A stretch of DNA of 64,000 nucleotides from positions 6,731 to 70,730 of the forward strand of contig JADKHW010000015.1 of assembly GCA_016721565.1 (NCBI GenBank), read 5' to 3'. Of this stretch, positions 18,322 to 28,104 are shown in pieces; the stretch's first letter is position 1; the number at the start of each line of letters is the position of its first letter. The notes beneath the pieces were generated by a model, which made no database searches, was not told where the DNA came from, and was given only the letters and a program-made list of their open reading frames with translations. Source of the DNA: a bacterium (GTDB lineage Bacteria > Electryoneota > RPQS01). The translations under genes were made by a program, and so were the position numbers.

Positions 18322-18509
18322 CTTAATGTGTCATTCAGATTGATGAAATATTGAATATTTATGTGACAAGATACACATTAATCTTCTGATTCGCACTTGT
18401 CTATATGGGTCTCGGGAATTTAAGCTTGAAGTTCGTTAATCAATATGATATATTGTAAAAGTTGGGATTTTTTCAACGCCACTGTAACTAAAGAAATTGA
18501 AGGTGTCTT

Positions 18510-19944
18510 ATGCGTAAAATGATGAATTTGTTTGTTTTAATTGTGGTTCTTGTACCGCTTTTGGCCTCTGCACAGTTCAAGGAACTGGGACTTGAAGGCT
18601 ACCTCGGGATGGGTGTGGCAAGCCCAACGAACGAATCGGAAGGCTCAACTTTTGGCCTGAACGTGCGAAGCAGCTTTGCCTATCCACTTGCTGATCCTCT
18701 GCAGCTTGAATTGGGGATCGCTTTCGCTCGCCTGCGTGCTGATCAATACTCGGGCGAGATTATGCCGATTGATTTGCGGGCGCGATTTGCACCGTTCCAT
18801 CAGGAGAAGTGGTTCCCGCTTTGTGTATGCAGGAATTGGTTTGCTGCATCACGATGTTTCGGATGTACCGGATTCGGCGGATGCGGATGCAAAGGTTGAC
18901 GGCTGGAATCCGGTGATTCCGTTGGGAATTGGTATTCAGTATCATTTGGACGAATACCTGTCGCTCGACTTACATGGCGGTTACAATATGATTATGTCAG
19001 ACGATGTCAATCCTGTTTATGATGACACGGACGATTCGTACATGAACATCCTCGCCGGTTTGCGTATTCACCGTGGTAATCCTAACAAGGATACCGACGG
19101 CGACGGCATTACAGATCGAGACGAGAAGAAGCTCGGCACCGACCCCAAGAATCCTGATACCGACGGTGACAGACTTAAGGACGGCGAAGAGTATTACACG
19201 CTTAAGACCGATCCGCGTAATCCCGACACGGATGGCGATGGTTTGACAGACGGGGCTGAAGTGTTGACGCACAAGACGGATCCGCTCAAGGCTGATACGG
19301 ATAGTGATGGACTCAAAGACGGCGAAGAGGTCAACACGTACACGACCGAGGCGCTGAATCCGGATACCGATAGCGACGGTTTGCAGGACGGCCAGGAAAT
19401 TACGACTGTTAAGACTGATCCGAAGCGCACGGATTGTGACGGCGACGGGCTTTCGGACGGCGCTGAAGTGAATACTCATAAGACCGATCCGCTGAATCGC
19501 GATACCGACAAGGGTAGCGTTGATGACGGAACTGAAGTTGCGCGCAAGGATAATCCGCTAAATCCAGAAGATGACGTGGAGAAGCTTGTCGTGACCGAAG
19601 TAGGTCAGGCAATTACGCTGGACGGCATTGTGTTTGAAACGGCTAAGTCCGACATCAAGCCGGAATCAGAAGCAATTTTGATGAAGGCGTATAACACGCT
19701 ACATTTGAACCCGGAGCTTGAAGTGCAGATTCAGGGTCATACGGACAATCGCGGCAAGAAGACGATGAACGAGAAGCTTTCGCTGTCGCGCGCGGAGTCG
19801 GTAAAGACCTGGCTTGTGGCTAAGGGTATTGAAGGCGCGCGCATCACGACCAAGGGCTTTGGTCCGGATAAGCCGATTGCCGACAACGCAACCGATGAAG
19901 GCCGTCAGAAGAATCGCAGAATTGATTTTGTGCGCACAAAATAG
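18510..19944 (+). CDS. OmpA-family outer-membrane protein with thrombospondin type-3 repeats; one frameshift near 18819
   Basis: Signal peptide MRKMMNLFVLIVVLVPLLASA. The beta-barrel part continues from ..HQEKWFP into FVYAGIGLLHHDV in the second ORF (18676..19944). Six repeats of the type DTDGDGxxDGxE. C-terminal OmpA domain: QGHTDNRGKKTMNEKLSLSRAESV..NRRIDFV. Confidence 0.85.
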
Positions 19945-20074
19945 TTCCGCAAGCGGGGTGTTGCTGGGCTTGTTTTATTGCCAGTCCAGCTCCAATATGG
20001 CAATGAGTTTAGATCCGGTGCGGTCTGCTACTAATGTCCACATTTCACTAACACAATAAGAGTGAAAACTCACG

Positions 20075-20126
20075 AACGCGACGTACCTTGCCAAGACAAA
20101 TACATGGCAGGTACGTCGCGTTTTTC
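20075..20126 (+). terminator. Rho-independent terminator after ompA-like gene
   Basis: AACGCGACGTACC (20075-20087) / GGTACGTCGCGTT (20110-20122) followed by TTTTTC. Confidence 0.8.
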
Positions 20127-20161
20127 TTTGACTTGAGTATGTTCGTTAAACAAAGAATTGC

Positions 20162-21736
20162 ATGAGAAGAATCATATTCGCACTGGCGATGCTTGGGACT
20201 GCAATATTGCTCGTGCTGAGCGTCCTTCCGGAGCGGAGTATAGAGCGAACTCCGCCTGAAGAGCTGCGCGCAAAATACAAGGTTAAGAGCAAGTCGTCGG
20301 TCGATCACGCAAAGTTTGATGTTTTACGGGCCTTTTGCAAAACCACAAGACGTCACGAAAGCTTGTATTTCGTGTCACACAGGCGACATATGGAAGTAAT
20401 GCAGTCATCGCACTGGAATTGGGAACGAATTGAATACGTCGAGGGATCTGGTATTCGCAAGGTAGGCAAGAAGACTATCTTGAACAACTATTGCATCGGA
20501 ATCTCGAGCAACGAGCAAATGTGTAACCGCTGTCACATCGGATATGGCTACAGCGATCAAACTTTTGACTTTACGAACGCTTACAACGTGGATTGTCTGG
20601 CTTGCCATGACAATAGCAATTTGTATATGAAGGCAAGCGCTGGAATGCCGGATGTGAGCGTTGATCTCGGGGCGGTTGCGCAAAAAGTAGGTAAACCAAC
20701 TCGGACAAACTGCGGAACGTGTCACTTCTTTGGCGGCGGCGGGAATAATGTCAAGCACGGTGATTTAGAAATGGCAATGTTCGAGCCGACGCGAGATATT
20801 GACGTACACATGGACGTGCAGGGTGTCGATATGCAATGCGTCGCTTGCCATACGGCAGAACAGCACCAGATGCTCGGCAAATCGTACTCAGTTTCTTCAA
20901 TGAACCGCAACCGTTCAACTTGCGAAAGCTGTCACGGTGATTTGCCCCATACGGACAAGATACTTAATAACCACACGCTCAAGGTTGCCTGTCAGACTTG
21001 TCACATTCCTATTTATGCAAAAGAGAATCCAACGAAGCTGCAATGGGATTGGTCTACGGCAGGCAGATTGGTGGAGGACAAGCCGATTAAGGAGCATGAC
21101 GACTCACTCGATGTGGATACGTACATGTCCACGAAGGGGTCTTTCGTGTGGGGCAAGAATATCAAGCCGGAGTATGTGTGGTTTAACGGAACAGCTTCGC
21201 ATTATTTACTCGGAGACAAATTCGATCCTACGGATACATTGCAGATCAATTCATTGCACGGAGAGTAGAGTGACCCTGATGCGAGGATCATCCCGGTCAA
21301 GATTCACCGTGCCAAGCAGATATATGACTCAAAGTACAACTATCTTATTCAGCCGAAGACTGTTACGTTGCACCCGGGAGACAGCGCGTATTGGGGAGAA
21401 TTTGATTGGGAGCGCGCGTGTGCTGCGGGAATGAAAGAGGTCGGATTGCCATTTAGCGGTGAATATGATTTTGCAGCGACAGAAATGTATTGGCCCGTTA
21501 ATCACATGGTTGCGCCGGCCAATCAATCTGTCAAGTGCATTGAGTGTCACACGAGAGACGGCGGTCGGTTGGCAAATCTGACCGACTTCTATATGCCCGG
21601 GCGAGATCGAAGCCCATGGATTGATCGTGCCGGATTGGGGGCGTTATTGTTAGCTCTTGTAGGTGTGTTAGCTCATGGGGTTGCACGCATAGTGATTTCA
21701 GGCAGACGAAAGCAAGGGGGCAGCTATGAAGCGTGA
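20162..21736 (+). pseudogene. otr: Octaheme c-type cytochrome, tetrathionate-reductase (OTR) family; 2 frameshifts + 1 in-frame TAG
   Basis: Seven in-frame CxxCH motifs: CNRCH, CLACH, CGTCH, CVACH, CESCH, CQTCH, CIECH. An eighth (GPFAKPQDVTKACISCHTG) sits in another frame between about 20327 and 20388. TAG at 21266-21268 interrupts ..INSLHGE*SDPDARIIPVKIH.. in the same frame as ORF 21368..21736. Confidence 0.7.
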
Positions 21737-22387
21737 GTATATCTATCCGGCTTTCGAGCGCTTTTGGCATTGGGCGCAAGCTGTGCTGATTATTCTGCTT
21801 GGCGTAACAGGGTTCGAAATTCATGGTTCACTGACATTTTTCGGATTCGGTCAGGCAGTAGCAATTCACAATGTCGCGGCAATATCATTCTTGGTGTTAA
21901 TCAGCTTCGCGATATTTGGCATCTTACATCCGGAGCGTGGAAACAGTACTACGCTCCGTCGCTCAAGAATATGCGCGCGCAAGTTGACTATTATGTTACC
22001 GGGATATTCCGCGGGGCACTACATCCGACGAAAAAAACTGTTTTAAGCAAGCTTAATCCGCTTCAAAAGCTTGTCTATGCAGGTCTGAAGGTGCTGGTGA
22101 TTCCTGTCATGGTGATTTCAGGGTTAATCTATATGTATTACCGCTATCCGCAGCAGCATGAGATCATAAGTTTGGATATTGAGGGACTGTCTATTGTGGC
22201 AGTGATTCATACATTTGGTGCGTTTATGCTTATTGCGTTTTTTGTCACACATATTTATTTGACAACAACGGGTAGCACGCCGACGGCAAATTTGAAGGCG
22301 ATGATCACAGGTTATGAGGATTTGCACGATGAAGACGAGCAGAAGCAGATTGAAAAGTCTGAACCCAAACTTGAAAGGGTGGATTGA
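21726..22387 (+). CDS. Membrane di-heme cytochrome b (thiosulfate-reductase/Ni-hydrogenase cyt b type); frameshift near 21916
   Basis: FERFWHWAQAVLIILLGVTGFEIHG..AIHNVAAISF continues as WHLTSGAWKQYY..IHTFGAFMLIAFFVTHIYL in ORF 21764..22387. It overlaps the end of the OTR gene. Confidence 0.75.
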
Positions 22388-22910
22388 TGGAACAACGAGT
22401 GACTACGAAATACATGAACCCTTACTTAGCGGGCTTTCTGCTTGGGCTGGTGCTGCTTGGCAGCATATTCATAACAGGGCGCGGACTTGGAGCAAGCGGT
22501 GCGGTTAAGGATACGATTGTCGCAATCGTCGGAGTCGTAGCGCCAGAACATGCGGCGCAATCTCCTTACTACGGTCCATACTTGGAGGCCGGAAAGAGAG
22601 TCCGCTGAAATCGTGGCTTGTGTTTGAATTGATTGGCGTAGTAATTGGAGCGTTTTTGTCCGGCTTGGTATCGGACCGATTAGCGTTTCGAAGTGAAAAA
22701 GGGCCGCGCATCAGCAACCCAACACGCTGGGTCTTTGCTGTGATTGGCGGAGCTTTGTTTGGTTTGGGTGCTCAATTCGCACGCGGGTGTACGAGCGGAG
22801 CTGCGCTGAGCGGCATGGCGGTCTTGTCAACGGCAGGGTTTGTGACGATGCTGGCAATTTTTGGATCGGGTTATATGGTTGCATATTTCTTCCGCAGGTT
22901 GTGGATCTAA
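22384..22910 (+). CDS. YeeE/YedE-family (sulfur-transport, Sulf_transp) half-size membrane protein; frameshift near 22593
   Basis: NPYLAGFLLGLVLLGSIFITGRGLGASG joins ..SPLKSWLVFELIGVVIGAFLSG..GLGAQFARGCTSGAALSG. The break is at the AAA run 22593-22595. Confidence 0.75.
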
Positions 22911-22928
22911 ACTAAAGGAAATTTATCA

Positions 22929-24122
22929 ATGGGACCTTTTGTACCGGATCCGATTTCGAATGAACTGAACTTAGCGATAGCGCTAATTATTGGAGTCGCT
23001 TTTGGGGCTGTGCTTGAACAGGCAGGGTTTTCGTCTTCACGCAGATTAGCAGGATTGTTCTATGGATACGACTTCACGGTTCTGCGTGTGTTCTTTACCG
23101 CTGCAATCACTGCAATGTGTGGTATTATGCTACTTGATTACGCAGGGTTATTAGACACGAGCGCGATTTATATCAATCCGCTGTGGTTGTGGCCGGCTGT
23201 TGTCGGCGGCGTGATTATGGGCGTCGGGTTTATTCTTGGCGGCTACTGTCCAGGGACGAGTATTTGTGCTGCGGCGATTGGAAAAATTGACGCGATGTTT
23301 TTTGTCGGCGGTGCGTTCTTAGGAGTATTTACGTTTGCTGAGATGTTTCCTACTTGGCAGAAGTTTCACTTCTCTTCCGCCTTCGGGCCGGTGCGGGTCT
23401 ACGACTCGCTGGGAATGTCGGCGGGGGTGTTTGCGTTTGTGCTGATTGCAGTTGCGCTTTTTGCATTTACTGTGACGAGTTGGATTGAGAAGCGTGTTAG
23501 CAGTGACGCGCCTTCACGGAAGTTTCGCTTTCGTCCACATGCCGTTGCAGCAGGAGTAACTATGCTTGCCGGTATTATGTTGATTGCTCTTCCCGATCGC
23601 AAGAGCAAGGTGATGGCCATGGTGGCTGATCCTGCTTATGAAGCGAGCCATGACGTGCAGACCATGACTGCTGATGAGCTGGCGTTTCGCATCGTTGACC
23701 GGGTGCCGAATACGCAAATCATTGACGTGCGTTCGCCGGAAGAGTTCAATTCGTTTGCGCTTCCAGGCGCCGCGAATGTTCAGGTCGGGGATTTATTCGG
23801 ACGCGAATGGAACCGCATGCTGGCACAGCGACACCTTAAGAAAGTAATCGTTGCCGATGCGGAGACTGATGCGCGAGAAGCTTATCTTGTTTTGGATAAG
23901 CTTGGATACGGCAACCTTGCCGTATTGGAGGGCGGTTTGAGCGAATTCAGGCAACAACTGCTTGCAGATACGTTGGTGCTGCCAAGCGGCGGGCGGTATG
24001 ATCAGGACGTTGCGGAATTCCGGATCGACGCGAAGACAAAGATATCGCAGATGATTCGGGATGAGAAGAATAAACCGCAACCAACTGAAAAGAAGAAGAA
24101 GAAGGTTGCCGGAGGGTGTTAG
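22929..24122 (+). CDS. YeeE/YedE half-domain fused to a rhodanese-like domain
   Basis: The N-terminal membrane half carries GFILGGYCPGTS. The C-terminal rhodanese fold reads IIDVRSPEEFNSFALPGAANV..VIVADAETDAREAYLVLDKLGYGNLAVLEGGLSEF. There is no Cys at the active-site position. The tail is EKKKKKVAGGC*. Confidence 0.8.
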   Translation: MGPFVPDPISNELNLAIALIIGVAFGAVLEQAGFSSSRRLAGLFYGYDFTVLRVFFTAAITAMCGIMLLDYAGLLDTSAIYINPLWLWPAVVGGVIMGVGFILGGYCPGTSICAAAIGKIDAMFFVGGAFLGVFTFAEMFPTWQKFHFSSAFGPVRVYDSLGMSAGVFAFVLIAVALFAFTVTSWIEKRVSSDAPSRKFRFRPHAVAAGVTMLAGIMLIALPDRKSKVMAMVADPAYEASHDVQTMTADELAFRIVDRVPNTQIIDVRSPEEFNSFALPGAANVQVGDLFGREWNRMLAQRHLKKVIVADAETDAREAYLVLDKLGYGNLAVLEGGLSEFRQQLLADTLVLPSGGRYDQDVAEFRIDAKTKISQMIRDEKNKPQPTEKKKKKVAGGC

Positions 24123-24141
24123 CTTTCTGTTAATGAAATAA

Positions 24142-24169
24142 AGCGGCCCGCACAATTGTGCGGGCCGCT
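24142..24169. repeat. Palindromic element copy 1 (also a bidirectional terminator)
   Basis: AGCGGCCCGCAC-aatt-GTGCGGGCCGCT with an A-run before and T6 after. The 12-nt arms are identical to those of the copy at 26385-26412. Confidence 0.8.
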
Positions 24170-24189
24170 TTTTTAGGAGGTGAAAAGTA

Positions 24190-26180
24190 TTATTTCATCA
24201 ACAGTAATTTGACGGCTTGGGATGCTCCGGTGGGAGCTGTCAGTTTGGCGAAATATAATCCTGACGCAAAGTTGTCGGCATTCCATTTTACGGAGTGGAC
24301 TCCGACGCTTTGGCGTTCGCGGAGCAATGTCTCGACTTGGCGGCCCAGTACGTCGTAGATTTCAGTCTCACATCTTGCTCGCGGATGAGCGCGTACTCGA
24401 TGGTGACTGTGGAGTTGAAAGGGTTGGGGTAGGGATAGCCAAGAGCAAAATGTCGTTGGACGTGGCTCTTCTACGCTTGACGTGTGAAAAGTGAATCAAC
24501 TGACCACGGGGTAACCGAAACGCGATTGTGCACGCTGTCACCTTGACCAAAAGGATTCTCAAGATGCTGCAATGGTCCGGTCGAGTCACCCCAGTAGCAA
24601 TTCAGGACATAACTTGGCGGAGAACTTGAGATGCCGTGATGGACCGCGTAGCCTTGACTGCTTATAAACATATTGCGCTCTATCGCACCGGGAGTTACGT
24701 CAATTACCATTGTTGCTCCGCCGGGTGGGTTTGCAAAGCCCTCGGCGGCATTGCCAAATATGTAGTTATCCCTGAACGACAGGTTTGCAGGACCCGTTTC
24801 AACGAGAACTGCAACTGAGTTTTCATGTGCCTCATTATTGAAAAAGAGGTTATGTGATATTTCACAGAACTGAGTACGGCCAGCAAACGAAAATAGCATT
24901 CTGCTAATCCAGTTGTCTTCACTGAGTCGATGATTGTCGGTGAAGGTATTGTATCGAAATCGCGTGACTGAACCAGTGTCAGCCCCACCAGACTCAAATA
25001 GATCGTGTTGGAATTCGTTGTTTGTTACCGTATTGGAGTCAAAACGGATGTTCGAAGGCTGAAGATTGCCTTCGCCGGGAAGCCGGAAAAAGTGGTGAAA
25101 GCGGTTGCTTGAGATTGTACAACCAGTAATCACAAGTGAATCTGCAATGCCCGTTTGCCGGATACCAATAGCTCCCGGTGAAGTATTCCAGCCAGTACCT
25201 GAAAGGAGGGAGTTACTTAACTGCAACGATCCTCGTGTAATCAACAGCGTGTTCTGGTCTGCGTCTGAACTTACTGAAAAGCAATTTAGAAACCCTGTAG
25301 AATCAATTGAGGACGCGCAATTTATAAGATGGCATGCCATACCATCTGAGTACGCACCGACCCGTCGGAAGAAACTATTTTCTATCTGAACCCTTGAGTT
25401 TGTGGATAGAACAGCGCCACCCGTTGTTGCATAACATGAATCAAATTCGCAATGCAAGATTGACAGATTTCGATCTTGAACATCGATGCCGCCGCCGTGA
25501 ATCAAACCTTGAAAGGTGGCCCCTTTGAAGGATAATCCGATTAGAACTAACCTTGACTCAACTTCAATTGCCCCAGCGTAAAGACAACGCTCAATCCAAT
25601 CCGTCGGTCTAATTTCACAGGAATCAATGTCTGCGCTTTCATTGCTAACCATGTAGCGGCCTGCAATTGTCAAGTCGTGAGCAGGTGCTTGCAGTGTAAG
25701 TGCATAGATTCCGTTTTGAATTAACACTGTATCGCCAGGATTCGAGGAATTAATAGCCATCTGGATATCCGAATACTCGGACGGGACGTTTAGAACTTCC
25801 CCAAGGGAGAGACTCGCATAAACGAGTATGCAAGAACCAGCGTCGCAAGTCCCATTACAGTCCTTGCATTGAACGGATATACTGACGAGGTGCTGTCCAG
25901 ATGTTGGAAAAGCCACGCTTGTTGAACCGCACCCACACAAATTCAGCACTTGCCAGATTTCTTTACCATCGAGGAAGGCAACAACATTTACTTCGTTGTT
26001 AGGGCTGCCCGTGTCATAGAACAGATAGTAGCTGTTGAAACTGTCATCCGCTTTGGTTTTGTAACTTTCACTCGTTGCAGCGCCATCACAACAAAGATCG
26101 GCCACGGAGATGCAGAACGACGTCGCATTTGCACATGCAGCGAGTGCGACGAATGTCAAGCCAATAAGAGACTTCTTCAT
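24190..26180 (-). pseudogene. Secreted right-handed beta-helix (pectate-lyase-fold) protein with T9SS CTD, interrupted by an in-frame TAG and a frameshift
   Basis: - ORF 24471..26213; the likely start is ATG 26180 (AAGGA upstream), giving MKKSLIGLTFVALAACANA.
- After TAG at 24471-24473 the same frame continues KSHVQRHFALGYPYPNPFNSTVTIEYALIREQDVRLK.
- After a frameshift near 24360 it continues IYDVLGRQVETL..GLYFAKLTAPTGASQAVKLLLMK*, with stop at 24190-24192. Confidence 0.7.
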
Positions 26181-26384
26181 GATTGTGATCCTTGGGTAGG
26201 AGTGATTACACAATACAGCACCTTGCGATTGGTTTTATTAATATCAGCCTGGATTGCCAGATTGTCAAGGGCAAAACTGGTATTGCTCAAAACAATTTGG
26301 AAACTGTTGAAAATATTGAGAGTAACCATATCGGATGTCGCTCTGCAGGGCTTTCGATCTTCAGTACTTTTACTCATACAAGCA

Positions 26385-26412
26385 AGCGGCCCGCACATTT
26401 GTGCGGGCCGCT
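26385..26412. repeat. Palindromic element copy 2 (terminator position)
   Basis: AGCGGCCCGCAC-attt-GTGCGGGCCGCT. It lies between the 26180 gene start region and the stop of 26435..27913. Confidence 0.8.
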
Positions 26413-26434
26413 AATGATTTAGCGTTAAAGAAGG

Positions 26435-27913
26435 CTATGCATGCTCTTCTTCTAAAAGGCGGCGCTGGCCTTCGAGGGTTTTAATTTTGGCGACGTCTTG
26501 GACTACTTCAAGTGAACCGCGATAGGTTCCGTCTTTGTCGCGGATGGCGAAGTAGCGGATGTGGACGAATATTTCACCGAAGGGAATCCAAAATTCTGCG
26601 ACTCTGCGTGTGCCTGCGCGGAACTCGTTTAGAATTTGCGTGACGAGATGCACACTCTTGGGCGGATGGCAGTTTTGGACTTTGCGGCCAATGGCATCGG
26701 GCGTACGCGCGAAAATTTTATGCGGCTGATTGGAATAGAAACGCACGGTGTCGTTTTCATCCACGAAGGAAAGCTCAACGGGCAGGTGCGTCATGATGAG
26801 ATTCACTTGCTCGAGCGTCAGGACGCCGACATTCATTTCGAGCAGACCGTCGCGCAAGAGTTCGCCTGCTTTGGTTTGCTGGCCGACACGGGCATGCTCC
26901 CACTCTAATCCGGGAATGAACGACTGCATGTAGCCGATTTCATGCTCGCTACGCTTGATCGTAATCCAGTCTTCTTCTTTCAATAACCTTAGTGCTGTGG
27001 GAAGCAGAATTGATTCTTCTTTCTGAATCATGCTTGTGACAGCACTGAGGAGCGCGGGCAGATTGGCTGCAATGAAATCCGTGTCGCTTGTACTGCATGC
27101 TTCGCGGACGGCTTTCAGGTGTGCACGAATGTCATCGTGCGTGGCCCACATGACTGTCGAGGGTCCGGTGAAGCCGTAGCGTTCGAGATGCGAGAAAAGT
27201 TGATGCTCTTTGCGGAGATAGTGTTTGTCGAGTTCGCCAAGCTTTTCGAGATAGGTGTTCAACTCCAGCCATGCTTCGGGATGCTTTGCGGGTGACGGGG
27301 CGTTATCGGTGGCGCTCAGGATCGCGCGAAGATGGAAGACGACAAGGTCAAGCAGACTATTCTCGGAGACAAACGTGTGCACCGGATGACCAGCGGGAAC
27401 AGCGATGTCAACTCTTTGCAAAGAAGGATTCACCACTTGCAGATGCACGTCACACATCTTCTTTATGTCGGTTACGGGAACGCCTTCGCGGATCAGGTAT
27501 TGTTCCATCTCGGCGATTTCCCCAGGCAAGGATTGCTTCACGATTTCGGCAAACTGGCGCTGTGCTTCGGCAACGTTACCGCCGCCGTGGAGCTTCAGCA
27601 TGATTTGACGGAACGCTTCAAGCCGTGCAGGGCTGACACCTTGAGTAACGGGATTATCAATTAAGATAATGCGGCCCGTGTGTTTCTGAATTGCGCCTGC
27701 AATGAACTGCATCATCTCGTTCACGCTGATGCCGCCGCGCATGGCAGCTAACTCGATTGTAGCGGTGCCGGCTTTGGCTTGGCGCATTTCCGGATCTTTG
27801 AGTTGCTGATAATGCGGGTTGAAGTTTCCGAGTTCTTCAATCAGAAATGGAAAGACAGCAATCAGATTGCCGACGGTGGTCAATGGTGTAATATTGGAAA
27901 TGGGTTCTGGCAT
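26435..27913 (-). CDS. DUF1858/DUF438 hemerythrin-like + PAS-domain protein (putative O2/NO/redox sensor)
   Basis: 492 aa.
- N-terminus (DUF1858-like): TVGNLIAVFPFLIEELGNF.
- Central region: hemerythrin-type H/E-rich helices.
- C-terminus (PAS_10-like): VRFYSNQPHKIFARTPDAIGRKVQNCHPPKSVH..VHIRYFAIRDKDGTYRGSLEVVQDV.
Family assignment is from memory. Confidence 0.65.
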   Translation of the reverse strand: MPEPISNITPLTTVGNLIAVFPFLIEELGNFNPHYQQLKDPEMRQAKAGTATIELAAMRGGISVNEMMQFIAGAIQKHTGRIILIDNPVTQGVSPARLEAFRQIMLKLHGGGNVAEAQRQFAEIVKQSLPGEIAEMEQYLIREGVPVTDIKKMCDVHLQVVNPSLQRVDIAVPAGHPVHTFVSENSLLDLVVFHLRAILSATDNAPSPAKHPEAWLELNTYLEKLGELDKHYLRKEHQLFSHLERYGFTGPSTVMWATHDDIRAHLKAVREACSTSDTDFIAANLPALLSAVTSMIQKEESILLPTALRLLKEEDWITIKRSEHEIGYMQSFIPGLEWEHARVGQQTKAGELLRDGLLEMNVGVLTLEQVNLIMTHLPVELSFVDENDTVRFYSNQPHKIFARTPDAIGRKVQNCHPPKSVHLVTQILNEFRAGTRRVAEFWIPFGEIFVHIRYFAIRDKDGTYRGSLEVVQDVAKIKTLEGQRRLLEEEHA

Positions 27914-28030
27914 TCTTGGCTCCCCGTGACTATGTAAATCAAATAATATTAATAGAATTGAATAATAATGGATTAATTACTCCATAATTTACAAAAGATT
28001 TGGGATTTTGGCAAGGTGGGTTAAACAAAG

Positions 28031-28052
28031 ACGGCCTGCTAGTGCAGGCCGT
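28031..28052 (-). terminator. Hairpin downstream of XRE-cupin gene
   Basis: ACGGCCTGC-tagt-GCAGGCCGT. It is followed on the minus strand by CTTTGTTT. Confidence 0.6.
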
Positions 28053-28104
28053 TGAACGAACTCGATGTAGATCGGCAGGTATGGGCCAGCCGATACGGGA
28101 ATAA

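Noticed and set aside
20937-21434. 165-aa plus-strand ORF bridging the two OTR fragments.
   Set aside because: It is out of frame with the heme-motif frame, has an R/S-rich composition and contains no CxxCH motif. The in-frame continuation across TAG 21266 explains the region.
21266-24473. The two in-frame TAG codons as evidence for pyrrolysine or stop-codon reassignment.
   Set aside because: TAG terminates several well-supported genes here (mtnC at 17168-17170, ppx at 33928-33930, the C25-like gene at 50359-50361). No pyl genes are in the window. The contig has many other consensus errors.
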